A stretch of 64,000 nucleotides of DNA from an uncultured Flavonifractor sp. (GCA_944385575.1 CALWXT010000002.1:15476-79475); one strand, 5' to 3'. Counted from the stretch's first letter, positions 19,958-30,127 are shown. Numbers and translations: made by a program. The notes: generated from the letters alone by a model not told the origin.

Positions 19958-21064
19958 ATGGCAACCAATGAGACCAACACCGGAACCCTTCAGCCCAAGA
20001 CCGACCAGGCCGTGGCGCCTCGCGGGAGAAACAGTGAGCGGTTCACCGCCAAGGTGATGAAGGAGTTCGGCAGCTCCGCCGGCGTTCCCCAGGTGACGGA
20101 CTTCCAGCGGCAGCTTATCCAGGGCTACTTCATCAGCATTGACCGGGCCCTGAAGGCCGCGGAGGAGGAGCGCCTTCGTAAGAACGCCAACAACAAAGAC
20201 CACAAGTACGACAACGACCTCCCCGTGACCTGGGAGAATGTGAACCTCACAGACCTTGCCCTCGATGTCGTCCACTATGCCCGGATGGGGCTGGACATGA
20301 TGCAAGACAACCACCTTTTCCCCATCCCCTACAAGAATAACAAGGCCCAGAGGTACGATGTCACCCTCATGCCCGGCTATAACGGAATCCGGTATATCGC
20401 AGAGAAGTACGCCCTGGAGCCCCCCCTGGCCGTCACCGTGGAGCTGGTCTATTCTACGGACACCTTCGAGCCCATCAAGAAGGACGCCGCAAACCAGGTG
20501 GAGAGCTATCGGTTCATCATCAACCAGCCCTTCGACCGGGGCGCCGTGGTGGGTGGCTTCGGCTACATCGAGTACACCGATCCCCAGAAGAATGAGCTGG
20601 TCATTATGACCCTACACGACATCGAGAAGCGCAAGCCGGCCTATGCCTCCCCCAACTTCTGGGGCGGCACCCAGAAGGTCTGGGAGAACGGGAAGCAGGT
20701 GGAGAAGCAGTCCGAGGGCTGGTTTGAGGAAATGTGCATCAAGACCATCAAACGCGAGATTTACAGCGCCAAGCATATCCCCCGCGACCCCAAGAAGATC
20801 GACGACGCCTATCAATACATGAAAATGCGCGAGGCCCGGTTCGCAGAGATGGAGGCCCAGGCAGAGATCGACGCCAACGCCAACGGGGTGGTCATCGACA
20901 CCACGCCTGCCTTCCCCTCGGAGCCGGCGGCGCTTACCGAAGGCGGCGGGGCCCATGTCATCCATACAGACCCGAGAACCGGAGAGGTTAAAGAGCCTGT
21001 TCCCGCTGCCGGAGCCCCCCAGACCGAGGGGCAGCAGACCACGCTCGGAGGCCCTGATTTCTGA
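19958..21064 (+). CDS. recT: RecT-family single-strand annealing recombinase
   Basis: GLD..NHLFPIPY, GYNG, ELVYSTD, EEMCIKT; next to ATPase and nuclease. Confidence 0.85.
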   Translation: MATNETNTGTLQPKTDQAVAPRGRNSERFTAKVMKEFGSSAGVPQVTDFQRQLIQGYFISIDRALKAAEEERLRKNANNKDHKYDNDLPVTWENVNLTDLALDVVHYARMGLDMMQDNHLFPIPYKNNKAQRYDVTLMPGYNGIRYIAEKYALEPPLAVTVELVYSTDTFEPIKKDAANQVESYRFIINQPFDRGAVVGGFGYIEYTDPQKNELVIMTLHDIEKRKPAYASPNFWGGTQKVWENGKQVEKQSEGWFEEMCIKTIKREIYSAKHIPRDPKKIDDAYQYMKMREARFAEMEAQAEIDANANGVVIDTTPAFPSEPAALTEGGGAHVIHTDPRTGEVKEPVPAAGAPQTEGQQTTLGGPDF

Positions 21065-21765
21065 TGGAGGTTAAGGTTCTCGCGTCCGGCAGCAGCGGAA
21101 ATGCTTACCGCATAAGTGACGGAGAAACAGCCCTGCTGCTGGACGCGGGGATTCCCCTGAAGGCCATACAGGCCGGTCTCGGCTTCAGAGTACGGGACAT
21201 CATGGGCTGCTTCGTCACACACGCACACAAAGACCACAGCAAGGCCGCCAAAGACCTGGCGCGGCTTGGGGTAGACATCTACACCAGCAGGGGCACCGCG
21301 GACGCCTGCGGCCTCACAGGCCACCGCATCAAGGTCGTGCGGGCCCTGGAGGAGCTGGTGGTCGGCACCTTCCGGGTGCTCCCTTTCGATGTCCAGCATG
21401 ACGCCCCGGAGCCCCTCGGTTTTCTTTGCACCAGCACCGCGACTGGAGAAAAGCTGCTTTATTTCACAGATACCTATTACCTGAAGTACAGGTTCCAGGG
21501 CGTCACCCACATCATGGCCGAGTGCAACTACTCGGAGGAGGGAATCAGGAACAGCGTGGAGGCCGGTTATATCCCTATTGAGCTGGTTCCCCGCCTGGTG
21601 AAGAGCCACATGAGCTTAGAACATCTGCTTGATATGCTCCGGGCCAATGACCTTCGGCTTTTGCGCCAAATCTACCTTATTCATCTCAGCGAGAACAACA
21701 GCAACGCGGAGAAATTCAAAGAAGAAGTACAGCGGCAGACCGGCGCGGAGGTCTATGTCTGCTGA
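21064..21765 (+). CDS. Metallo-beta-lactamase-fold nuclease
   Basis: SGSSGN, LDAG, THAHKDH, ECNY, SHMS, HLS. Confidence 0.9.
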   Translation: MEVKVLASGSSGNAYRISDGETALLLDAGIPLKAIQAGLGFRVRDIMGCFVTHAHKDHSKAAKDLARLGVDIYTSRGTADACGLTGHRIKVVRALEELVVGTFRVLPFDVQHDAPEPLGFLCTSTATGEKLLYFTDTYYLKYRFQGVTHIMAECNYSEEGIRNSVEAGYIPIELVPRLVKSHMSLEHLLDMLRANDLRLLRQIYLIHLSENNSNAEKFKEEVQRQTGAEVYVC

Positions 21766-21771
21766 TCGGAG

Positions 21772-22623
21772 GTGAGCAGGATGGCATGGATTGAATCCCA
21801 CCAAGAACTATGGCGACACCCAAAAACGAAAAAACTTGCCCGCCTCCTTCATATTTCCATCCCGACCGCTGTGGGGCATCTGCACGGCCTCTGGTATTGG
21901 GCCATGGACTTCGCCCAGGACGGAGACCTCTCGACCTATGACGCCGAGGACATCGCCGATGCCGTTATGTGGGAGGGCGACGCCCAGGAGTTTCTGGACG
22001 CCCTGGTCGAAGCCAAATATGCCGACCGGACGGAGCACGGTGTCGTGATCCATGACTGGTTCGACTACGCCGGCGGCCTGCTGGAAAGCAAGGCCCGGAA
22101 GCGGGAGCAGTCCAGGCTCCGTGTCCAGGAGTACCGGAAAAGGAAGCGAGAGGCGGCCGCCAATGCGGAGCAGCACCCCCCTGACCCACCCTCACCATCG
22201 GAGCCGGAAGAACCGGAAGAGGGTGAAAAACCTGGGAAATCGCCCCCGGTTCCATACGCCAAAATCATGGCGGCCTATAATGAAATCTGCATCAGCTTTA
22301 GCAAAATCATTTCTATGGAAGGAGAGCGGCGCCGGGCTGTCGGGGCCCGCTGGGCCAAATGGCCCAGCCTGGAGACCTTCAAGACCGTTTTCCAGAAGGC
22401 GGAGGCCAGCGACTTTATGCGGGGCTGCAATAAGCAAAACTGGGTCGCGGATTTCGACTGGATGATGAAGTCCAGCAATATGCAGAAAATTCTCGAAGGG
22501 AAATACGACAACGGGAGGTTGAACAATGGAACAGGTAGCAAAGATTCTGGGCCAGGGCATGGCCGGCAACCCCCCGGGCCGGCGCCCGGCACCAGTGGCT
22601 TCAAGCCGGCAGATGGTAGCTGA
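21772..22623 (+). CDS. Phage replication initiator (replisome organizer)
   Basis: AWIESHQELWRHPKTKKLARLL N-domain; C-domain WVADFDW..KILEGKYD; upstream of the loader. Confidence 0.85.
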   Translation: MSRMAWIESHQELWRHPKTKKLARLLHISIPTAVGHLHGLWYWAMDFAQDGDLSTYDAEDIADAVMWEGDAQEFLDALVEAKYADRTEHGVVIHDWFDYAGGLLESKARKREQSRLRVQEYRKRKREAAANAEQHPPDPPSPSEPEEPEEGEKPGKSPPVPYAKIMAAYNEICISFSKIISMEGERRRAVGARWAKWPSLETFKTVFQKAEASDFMRGCNKQNWVADFDWMMKSSNMQKILEGKYDNGRLNNGTGSKDSGPGHGRQPPGPAPGTSGFKPADGS

Positions 22624-23545
22624 ACCAGACCCTGAAGAGTTCAAAATCCATCCCCAAAAGGCACAGGAGCTGGGCTACACCTACAACCAGGAGCCCCCAC
22701 CGCCCGAGGTCTGCCAGTTCTGCGGTCGGCTGCTCTATCACTACGGAGCAGTTATGCCAGGACAGCGCCATGTTTTTACCTGGTTCGATGAAGCGGAGCG
22801 GTGCGACTGTGCTGGCGCCCATGAATACTGGCGGCAGCAGGACGAGGCCCAAAAAGCAGCCAAGGAGGCCGAGGCCAGAAGGAAAGAGCAGGAACGGATT
22901 GCCCAGCGCATGAGGAAGCTCCTGGACGACAGCGGCATGGGTGGCCGCTTCCAGACGCGCACCTTTGAGCGGTTCGTTGTTGACGACGAAAACCGCCGGG
23001 CCTTCCGTGCCGCGAAGCGGTACGCCGATAGCTTTTCCCTCATGCTGCCCGCCAGGGACGAGGCCGGCCGCGTCAGGCCGCCCAAGAAAGAGCGGAACGG
23101 GCTCTTCATCAGCGGGACGAAGGGAACCGGGAAGACGCACCTGGCCGCCGCCATCGCCAACCAGCTCATTCAGGGAGGAACGCCGGTGATCTGCATGACG
23201 ATGATAGACCTTCTATCGAAGATCAAGGCGACCTTCGACCGGGGCGGAGGGGCCTCCGAGGCCGACATTCTTCGGATTTACAAGGATGTCCCCCTTCTTA
23301 TCATCGACGATATGGGCACCGAGCAGCCCACAGACTGGGGACTATCAAAGATTTACACCATCATCAACGCCCGGTACGAAGCCTATATGCCCACCATCGT
23401 CACCACGAACTACTCCGGAGAAGAGCTGATCCGGCGCATGACGCCGCCCAACGATGACGGCTACACCGCCGCCAAGACCATCGACCGCCTTCAGGAAATG
23501 TGCGGGGGCATCGAAATGTCCTGGAAGAGCTGGCGGCTCCGGTGA
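22526..23545 (+). CDS. DnaC/IstB-like helicase loader ATPase
   Basis: CQFC..CDC Zn site, GTKGTGKT, LIIDDMG, VTTN, DRL; GGGAGG RBS. Confidence 0.9.
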   Translation: MEQVAKILGQGMAGNPPGRRPAPVASSRQMVAEPDPEEFKIHPQKAQELGYTYNQEPPPPEVCQFCGRLLYHYGAVMPGQRHVFTWFDEAERCDCAGAHEYWRQQDEAQKAAKEAEARRKEQERIAQRMRKLLDDSGMGGRFQTRTFERFVVDDENRRAFRAAKRYADSFSLMLPARDEAGRVRPPKKERNGLFISGTKGTGKTHLAAAIANQLIQGGTPVICMTMIDLLSKIKATFDRGGGASEADILRIYKDVPLLIIDDMGTEQPTDWGLSKIYTIINARYEAYMPTIVTTNYSGEELIRRMTPPNDDGYTAAKTIDRLQEMCGGIEMSWKSWRLR

Positions 23546-23556
23546 AAGGAGATACC

Positions 23557-23871
23557 ATGAAGCGTAATTGCCGTAGAGATACAGAAGAGAAGTCCATCCA
23601 TGAGAGGGCAGTCCGGCTTCGGAAGATGACCGACGCCCAAATCTGTGAGTTTATAGATCACACCTACCAGCGCGGAGTTTCCGAAGGCGCGGAGCTGGCC
23701 GCAGCCCAGGCGGTACCCCCCGACGGTGGCGCTGCGGTCAGGAAGTTCATTGCCTTTTTGGAGAGCCGGGTCGGCTCCGGCAACCGGATCGGGAAAGGCA
23801 CTATCCTCTACCTGAACCGGGAGCTGGAGGTCGCCAACGCCGCCGGCGTATTCACGGAGGCCACACAATGA
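23557..23871 (+). CDS. Hypothetical phage protein
   Basis: AAGGAG RBS; HERAVRLRKMTDAQI. Confidence 0.7.
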   Translation: MKRNCRRDTEEKSIHERAVRLRKMTDAQICEFIDHTYQRGVSEGAELAAAQAVPPDGGAAVRKFIAFLESRVGSGNRIGKGTILYLNRELEVANAAGVFTEATQ

Positions 23872-24467
23872 GGGCTCGGCTGAATACATACGCAAACCGA
23901 GGGCGCCCCTTTGAAGAGCTGTTGAAGCTGGCAAGCTCAAGATACCAGGCCGCCGGCCGGGGTGTTATCCGCAAGGTTCCGACTGAATTTCTCCCCATTC
24001 GGGACGCCCGCGGGGAGGTCGTGAGCTGCAAGGTCGAAGAGAAGAGCTGCGTCGATTTCCTGGGTAGGTTTTACAATATCCCGGTCGCCGTGGAGGCCAA
24101 GCACACCGACGGCCGCCGGATTCGGTTTGACCGGGTGGAGCCACACCAGGCGGAATATATGGACGCCTGGTGCAAAAGCCCGGGGGCTGTGGGCCTGGTG
24201 GCCGTCAGCTTCAGCATGAAGCGGTTCTTTGTCGTCCCGTGGCAGTTCTGGGAAGCTGCCCGGAGCGCATGGGCCGCCGGCGGCCCGCCGGGGGCGTCTG
24301 TCCCTGTGAAGGAATATGGGTGGTTCTGGGACACACCTGGAAAGGCCAGCGTTTCCCCGGAAGAGCTTCTCCCGGATTGGGAGATCAGCATGGGCGGCCG
24401 GTTCGCCCTTCCATATCTGGACATCATCGAACAAATGGCAAGGGGGAAGCAGAATGGAACGAATTGA
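23868..24467 (+). CDS. recU: RecU-like Holliday junction resolvase
   Basis: NRG..FE, KVPT, VDFLG, EAKHT, HQ. Confidence 0.85.
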   Translation: MRARLNTYANRGRPFEELLKLASSRYQAAGRGVIRKVPTEFLPIRDARGEVVSCKVEEKSCVDFLGRFYNIPVAVEAKHTDGRRIRFDRVEPHQAEYMDAWCKSPGAVGLVAVSFSMKRFFVVPWQFWEAARSAWAAGGPPGASVPVKEYGWFWDTPGKASVSPEELLPDWEISMGGRFALPYLDIIEQMARGKQNGTN

Positions 24468-24717
24468 TAAAATCTTGCCCGCCTTTCGGTGGGAACAGGT
24501 CAGAGCAGCCGCAAAGGTGCCCCTGATTTGTGTGTATAAAAGTCCCGCAGACTACCCGGGGAAATATGTCGCCCGGCTCTGGGATTTGCAGCGCCCGACG
24601 GGATTCATCGTCGTGGCAGACAACCTGGAGCAGATCATGGAGGCAATCCCCGAAGGGATGGTTCCATTCAATCGGTCTGGGGAAGACGACCCTGTCATTG
24701 TGGAAATCTGGATTTGA
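24454..24717 (+). CDS. Hypothetical phage protein
   Basis: VYKSPADYPGKYVAR...DDPVIVEIW. Confidence 0.7.
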   Translation: MERIDKILPAFRWEQVRAAAKVPLICVYKSPADYPGKYVARLWDLQRPTGFIVVADNLEQIMEAIPEGMVPFNRSGEDDPVIVEIWI

Positions 24718-24735
24718 GCAAGGAGGCCCCGCGTT

Positions 24736-25098
24736 ATGCGTTGCAAACTTTTCAACTGTGATAAGAGGCACGGACACTATTGCTGCGCGGTGTGCCACCT
24801 TCGGAGCCAATGTCAAAACCCATGCCTAAATAATCCGGAGCGGTGCGGCCAGCTCCGTCAGGAGACGATACATGAGCTGATGAAAGAGCATGGCGTCCAG
24901 AAGGTCACAAAGCTGGAGCTCCAGAAAATCTTTGACACTGGGAAGCCACGGGGCCTTTTTTATCACGGATCACCAAAAGACGGCTATGTCGGCATTGACA
25001 ACCGCACCGGAGACGCTTGGACAGAAGAATTTAAGCTCATGGAATCCTGTGTCCAATGGCTGATCGGGAAGGCACCAAGGGAGGAATATGGGCCATGA
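24736..25098 (+). CDS. Cys-rich hypothetical protein
   Basis: AGGAGG RBS; N-terminal Cys cluster; GIDNRTGDAWTEEF. Confidence 0.7.
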   Translation: MRCKLFNCDKRHGHYCCAVCHLRSQCQNPCLNNPERCGQLRQETIHELMKEHGVQKVTKLELQKIFDTGKPRGLFYHGSPKDGYVGIDNRTGDAWTEEFKLMESCVQWLIGKAPREEYGP

Positions 25099-25301
25099 AG
25101 AAGTATGTGTGCCCTATCTGCCACAACGAAGAGCACCTTCCGGGCGCCCGGTTCTGCATGGTATGCGGGGCTGGTTTCCCGCTAAAAGACCAGCCCTCGC
25201 CCCCGGGCCCGTGTAGCCTGTGCGACTACGGAGGCCGTCACCTGGACGCCCCGCCCTGCTCTTTCTGCCCGGCGACCAGGAACGGCAGGAAGGGGGTGTG
25301 A
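25095..25301 (+). CDS. Zinc-ribbon protein
   Basis: CPIC..ARFCMVCG, CSLC..CSFC. Confidence 0.6.
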   Translation: MKKYVCPICHNEEHLPGARFCMVCGAGFPLKDQPSPPGPCSLCDYGGRHLDAPPCSFCPATRNGRKGV

Positions 25302-25306
25302 GCGCC

Positions 25307-25666
25307 GTGAGCAGCCATGATGAGCGTGATATATTCACAATACCGGCCCGCCGGTGCAAACGGTGTGGCGGCCTCCTGACGAGCGCCCAGGCCCTCCGTG
25401 ATGGGTATGGCCCCTGCTGCCTCCGGAAAATGAAGCAAGAGGCCCGGGAGCGAGAGGAAGCCAAAAATCAGTACAGTTTATTCCCGGGAGAGGGCGCTGG
25501 CAGCTCCTCTCCCCTGAACGGGGCCTGCGTGACCGGATTAAGCCCCTCCGGTCACTGTTGGGCGGCCGTCTATTGCCCAGAACCCTACGACTGCTGCGCC
25601 GCCTGCCCGGAGCATTGCAATCTCCGGTGCGGATGGCTGAAGAAGGAAGGCGATCCCAACGGCTAA
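25307..25666 (+). CDS. DUF6011-like Zn-binding protein
   Basis: CKRCGGLLT...GYGPCC plus a second Cys cluster. Confidence 0.6.
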   Translation: MSSHDERDIFTIPARRCKRCGGLLTSAQALRDGYGPCCLRKMKQEAREREEAKNQYSLFPGEGAGSSSPLNGACVTGLSPSGHCWAAVYCPEPYDCCAACPEHCNLRCGWLKKEGDPNG

Positions 25667-25673
25667 AACCGAA

Positions 25674-26351
25674 ATGACGAAGGCCATCGAGAAGGCCCTG
25701 CGCTATTACCACCCTTCCGAGGTGTGCGGCGTCCGTGTGAACAAGTTCAGGAGCAGCCACACCGCCTTCGAGGTGCCCGTGGTCTGCGGCACTATCAAGG
25801 CCGGCCTGGTGGACTGTATGCGGGTACAGGAATACTTCGGCGGCATCTGCCGGGAGGAATATTGTTACCTTGCCCACTATGTCGAAAGGGGCAAAGAGTG
25901 GGCAAGGGCGATGGATGAAGGATTTACCTGTATTCGTGGCTATGGCCCCGGGGAAAAGCCGGAGCTCTGCGACGAGGTGGGTTGCCGATGTCGCCATATC
26001 CGGGAGGTCGGCCACCAGGAAATCCTTATCACCTGCTATGAGATAAAGGTCTCCAAGAGCGACTTCAAAAGCAAGCACGGCCACAACTTCGTGGGCAACT
26101 GCAATTACTATGTAATTCCAAATGAGCTTTATGCGGCCGTGGCCGACCTGGTGCCGGAGGACATCGGCATTATTTTATATCTCCATGCCGGGAGCTATGT
26201 CGGCCTGCGCCGGAAGAAGGAATGCACCTTCAGGGAGCTCACCGACGAGGAGCAGAAGTGGTTCATCCTCTCCACCATGAAGCGGCTGGAGGAGACCACC
26301 TGGAAAGAACGGGCCACAGGTAGCCAAGACTGCGACCTGGGCCTTTGGTAA
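25674..26351 (+). CDS. MmcB-like PD-(D/E)XK nuclease-fold protein
   Basis: FEV..VD.....YEIKVSKSDF..NYYV. Confidence 0.6.
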   Translation: MTKAIEKALRYYHPSEVCGVRVNKFRSSHTAFEVPVVCGTIKAGLVDCMRVQEYFGGICREEYCYLAHYVERGKEWARAMDEGFTCIRGYGPGEKPELCDEVGCRCRHIREVGHQEILITCYEIKVSKSDFKSKHGHNFVGNCNYYVIPNELYAAVADLVPEDIGIILYLHAGSYVGLRRKKECTFRELTDEEQKWFILSTMKRLEETTWKERATGSQDCDLGLW

Positions 26352-26366
26352 GGAGAGGCAGCTACG

Positions 26367-27386
26367 ATGATGAACAAGAGTAAGATTGATTGGTGCGATT
26401 TCACCTGGAACCCCGTCACCGGCTGCACCCGGGGCTGCCCATACTGCTATGCAGCCAAGCAGGCCCACCGCTTCTGCGGTGACACCCGCTTCAACCGGAC
26501 TTCTCCGCAGATCGCGGAGGTCGGAGACAGACTCTATATCCTGGAGCAGCCCTTCAAAAGCGACCGGGAGACCACCATCCCATTCCCGGTGGGCTTCCGG
26601 CCCACCTTCCACCGCTACCGGCTGTCCATGCCGGCGGAGAAGCACAAGCCGGGCACCATCTTCGTGTGCAGCATGGGCGACCTGTTCAACCGGGATATAC
26701 CGACGCGCTGGATCGTGGAGGTATTCGACGCCTGCGCCGCAGCGCCCCAGCATAATTACTTATTCCTGACGAAGTTCCCGGAGCGATACCAGGAGCTGGA
26801 GCACCTGGCGCTCCTCCCCCATGAGGGCAACTTCTGGTATGGGACGACCATCACCAGAAATCATGAGCTCAGTCGCATTTCCTACCTTCCGCTCACCGTT
26901 CACCGCTTCGTCAGCATTGAGCCCATTTTAGAGGGCGTAAACCTCGACCTGGGCCCTGTCCTTAACCCGGCCGGCCCAGCGGCCGTCGTGCCCCCTGTCG
27001 AATGGGTCATCGTCGGGGCGGAGACAGGAAACCAGAAAAGCAAAAAGCTGCCCAGCCTGGAGTGGCTGACAACCATTCTCGACCAGGCCCATGAGAACCA
27101 TATCCCTGTTCTGATGAAGGACAGCAAGGAAATGCGATCCGTCTGGGGAAATGCTATCCCCCAGGCATTTCCCACCGGCCTGGAGCCCATGCCGCAGGAC
27201 AACAGCATTCCCCACTGTAAGGAGTGTGAGCACCGAGAGGAAACCCCGCAGGGGCGCCGAGGCACCGCCATCGCCTGCCAGATCGGCTGGGAAGCCGAAG
27301 GCTACCACGACCGGCCGGCCCGCCCGGTGCCTGGCCGCTATACCCGCTCTTCGCCTCCCTGGTGCCCCCGGAGAAAGGAGAAGTGA
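26367..27386 (+). CDS. DUF5131 (gp37/gp68) radical-SAM-like protein
   Basis: WNPVTGCTRGCPYCYA, FVCSMGDLF, LTK, FVSIEP, WVIVGAE. Confidence 0.9.
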   Translation: MMNKSKIDWCDFTWNPVTGCTRGCPYCYAAKQAHRFCGDTRFNRTSPQIAEVGDRLYILEQPFKSDRETTIPFPVGFRPTFHRYRLSMPAEKHKPGTIFVCSMGDLFNRDIPTRWIVEVFDACAAAPQHNYLFLTKFPERYQELEHLALLPHEGNFWYGTTITRNHELSRISYLPLTVHRFVSIEPILEGVNLDLGPVLNPAGPAAVVPPVEWVIVGAETGNQKSKKLPSLEWLTTILDQAHENHIPVLMKDSKEMRSVWGNAIPQAFPTGLEPMPQDNSIPHCKECEHREETPQGRRGTAIACQIGWEAEGYHDRPARPVPGRYTRSSPPWCPRRKEK

Positions 27387-27393
27387 CCAGGGC

Positions 27394-27582
27394 ATGGAAG
27401 ACCAAGAGTATTACTACGATGTTTCTTATCGGAGAACCAAGCAGGGGCCCGAGGGGTATGTCCGCCGGCCGGATATGGAAAGTGTAACGGAGTGGCTGAA
27501 GAACAACGAAGGCCAGCTTCACATTGTGATGATCCTGCGTATACCAGGCAACCCGGAAGGGCTCCAAGATCGTGAAGTGTGA
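27394..27582 (+). CDS. Small hypothetical protein
   Basis: AAGGAG RBS, packed operon. Confidence 0.5.
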   Translation: MEDQEYYYDVSYRRTKQGPEGYVRRPDMESVTEWLKNNEGQLHIVMILRIPGNPEGLQDREV

Positions 27583-27757
27583 GGTGAATACAATTACCAT
27601 CAAGAACCTATCGACACTTTCCGACCATTCCGCGGTGGCCCGGGTGGCCTCCCTTATGGCCGGGGACACCCACTCGGCCACCCATGACTGGCGGGAGGTC
27701 GAGATCGTGAAGATCGCCCAGAGAGGGAACACCTACACCGTGACCGACAAGGAGTGA
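27572..27757 (+). CDS. Small hypothetical protein
   Basis: Overlapping start and stop with neighbours. Confidence 0.5.
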   Translation: MKCEVNTITIKNLSTLSDHSAVARVASLMAGDTHSATHDWREVEIVKIAQRGNTYTVTDKE

Positions 27758-27762
27758 CCATC

Positions 27763-28125
27763 ATGCCATGTGAACCTGTTTTCGATAAGGGGAAGCTGGT
27801 TGGGTGGATGTGCCGGCGCGGCAGAGGGAAGCCAAAGCCCCCGCGCTGCTATAAATGCGGGGCCCCGGCCACTTGCCTCTGCGACCACAGGGACATGGAG
27901 CCGAGCTATCTGGAGGACGAGTACGGAAATAAGCTCCGGAAAATCTGGCTGCCGCACATGGACACCTGCAACCGTCCTATGTGCGCCACCTGTGCCCACC
28001 ACTACGACCCGGACACCGACTTCTGCGACGAACACAACAGCGAAATTGCCAGGGTGCGGAGCGCCAAGGCGGAGCAGCTATACCAGGAGCAACTCCGCGC
28101 CCTGGGTATTGAGGAGGAGCCATGA
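27763..28125 (+). CDS. Cys/His Zn-binding hypothetical protein
   Basis: CYKCG..LCD..CNRPMCATC..FCDEH. Confidence 0.65.
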   Translation: MPCEPVFDKGKLVGWMCRRGRGKPKPPRCYKCGAPATCLCDHRDMEPSYLEDEYGNKLRKIWLPHMDTCNRPMCATCAHHYDPDTDFCDEHNSEIARVRSAKAEQLYQEQLRALGIEEEP

Positions 28126-28301
28126 GCAGGAAAAAGAACCTTCGCCGATTAAGTACCCTCGTTACAGCACAGACCATGGGAAACCTGGAGAAGCTGGCTA
28201 CCATGGCCGGCTACGGAAACACCGGCCGGGTCATTGACAAGCTGGTGCGGGATCACATGCTGTCGCTCCGGATTGGGAGCCGAAAGGAGAATATGAAGTG
28301 A
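28122..28301 (+). CDS. Small ribbon-helix-helix-like protein
   Basis: MSRKKNLRRLSTLVTAQTMGNLEKLA..GRVIDKLV; GGAGG RBS, ATGA overlap. Confidence 0.55.
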   Translation: MSRKKNLRRLSTLVTAQTMGNLEKLATMAGYGNTGRVIDKLVRDHMLSLRIGSRKENMK

Positions 28302-28597
28302 ACACGATAATCCTCTATGCCTTGGGAATCGCCTCCCTGGTTGTTTTGGTATCTGGGACGCTTTTCATGGTCGTCCTAATCATTTACGGCATTCAAAAAA
28401 TTTGGGCAAAAGTTTCTGCCTGTGCCAAGAACACACGGGAGTATATGGAACACCGGCAAGATTATATTCTCTATAAACGGGATTACATCTATTGGGAGGA
28501 AAGCAAGCGGGCCAAAGCGGACAGGTGCCACCGCTGCGAATATCGGAAAAAGTTTATGGAGGCGGAAGAGAGGGCAGACGGTGAAAATCATCCTTGA
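28298..28597 (+). CDS. Small membrane protein
   Basis: N-terminal TM, AAGGAG RBS. Confidence 0.6.
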   Translation: MNTIILYALGIASLVVLVSGTLFMVVLIIYGIQKIWAKVSACAKNTREYMEHRQDYILYKRDYIYWEESKRAKADRCHRCEYRKKFMEAEERADGENHP

Positions 28598-29114
28598 TGT
28601 GCTGGCAATCCTTGCTTTAGCATTCGTGCTGACCGAGCTCCTTTGCACCAGGGCCAAAGCTAAAGGGGCCATTGATGTAGAGTTCAAACCGCTGGACGAG
28701 CCGACATCGCCGCCATGCGCCCGCCGTTCCCATGGATGGCAGGACAGCCCCTCGCGGGAAATAGCCTCCCAGCTCTTCGTGGAAGGGCTTCCGGCCGAGT
28801 TAAAGCGGGCCCTTCGGCGTAATGCGGAAGAGCTGGAGAAGGTGGAGAAGTGGCGCCATTATGCGGAACACGCCAAGAAAGGGCGCACCAGGAAGAAATA
28901 CCGGAACAAGCTGCGGGAGTATCACCGGAGCCACCCCTTCCCTTGGTACTGGCTCCCCAGCAGCATGGAGTTGACCTCCGGCCTTGGGTATTCCAGCGGC
29001 CGGGGGCTCGACAGCGGATCGCATGATGTAATCTGGTGGCGGCAGAACCCTGGGCTTCTCTTCCCGGTGGGCGAAGGCGGTCGTATCGCTGATTGGGGGC
29101 CGAGACCGCTGTGA
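28581..29114 (+). CDS. Hypothetical protein with N-terminal TM
   Basis: GTG start; AKKGRTRKKY basic motif. Confidence 0.5.
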   Translation: MKIILDVLAILALAFVLTELLCTRAKAKGAIDVEFKPLDEPTSPPCARRSHGWQDSPSREIASQLFVEGLPAELKRALRRNAEELEKVEKWRHYAEHAKKGRTRKKYRNKLREYHRSHPFPWYWLPSSMELTSGLGYSSGRGLDSGSHDVIWWRQNPGLLFPVGEGGRIADWGPRPL

Positions 29115-29485
29115 AAGACACGACCTGGGGCCTGTCTCCCGAGACCATGAAAGATATTCAGGAGTTCGCCAGGGCATTGAAGGCGGCCGTTGCCACCGCC
29201 TGCGACGAGCTTATCGCTGCCGCTGAAGCTGTCAGGGCCTCATATATAGAAGCGCGTCAGGAGGCAGAGCCTACCATTGACGCCATTATGGCCCTGTTCG
29301 GCGAAATGGAGGACGCTGGAGAGCCGCGGCAGCGAGGCGGGGGTATTCCTTGCCCCCGCCCGTCTCGCCGCCTGTGGCCCGCGGAGCGGCTGCCTGGGGG
29401 CAAATGCCGGGCGCAGTACATCAAGCGCATTCGTCCGTGCGCCCGATCCACAATCAAGCAATACCGGAACCGGAGAAAGCCATAG
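29093..29485 (+). CDS. Hypothetical protein
   Basis: ORF in operon orientation; start uncertain. Confidence 0.45.
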   Translation: MGAETAVKDTTWGLSPETMKDIQEFARALKAAVATACDELIAAAEAVRASYIEARQEAEPTIDAIMALFGEMEDAGEPRQRGGGIPCPRPSRRLWPAERLPGGKCRAQYIKRIRPCARSTIKQYRNRRKP

Positions 29486-29506
29486 GGCCACGGAGAGGAG
29501 GAGACC

Positions 29507-30106
29507 ATGAAGAGCACAGACAACACGGGAACCGCGGGGTTCCTCTATGCGTGTATCAGCTCCAGGGTGATGGAGCAGGCCGTTCAACAGGGCATCGACG
29601 CCGGCGTGAAGGCCGCCATGGACTATATCGAGGCCGAACGCATGAAGGCCCGGAAAGGTCGGCAGGACAGGCGGCTCCACAACACCCGCCTCCTCCTGAA
29701 GAACTACCGCCTTTTCAAGCAGCACACCAAGGGGGCCATTTTCCGGGCCGACCAGGCCAAGGAACACGCCATTGATATTCTGGATGGCCTGGACAGCTTC
29801 GACATGGACGATGGCCTCTATATCGAGAGCATAAAGAAGAGCCAGCAGCGCACCCTTATCATCCTGGCCCACATTGACCAAATGCTGGAGCTCTACAAGG
29901 CGTACTGCTATGCCAGCAGCAACAAGGAAGAGGCCCGGCGCTATGGGGTGCTCATGGCCTACTACATCGAGGAGCCGAAAAAAAGTGCCCTCGAAATAGC
30001 GGGCACTTTTGACATCGACAAGCGCACCGTCTACAAGGACATCAAAGCGGCCGTAAACCCGCTTACCACCTTGCTTTTCGGCATTGACAGCCTGAAGCTG
30101 GAGTGA
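29507..30106 (+). CDS. Late transcription activator (RinA/ArpU-like position, sigma r4-type HTH)
   Basis: Last early gene before packaging; C-terminal EIAGTFDIDKRTVYKDIK HTH. Confidence 0.75.
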   Translation: MKSTDNTGTAGFLYACISSRVMEQAVQQGIDAGVKAAMDYIEAERMKARKGRQDRRLHNTRLLLKNYRLFKQHTKGAIFRADQAKEHAIDILDGLDSFDMDDGLYIESIKKSQQRTLIILAHIDQMLELYKAYCYASSNKEEARRYGVLMAYYIEEPKKSALEIAGTFDIDKRTVYKDIKAAVNPLTTLLFGIDSLKLE

Positions 30107-30127
30107 CCATTTTCCGCCCTCTTCTCA

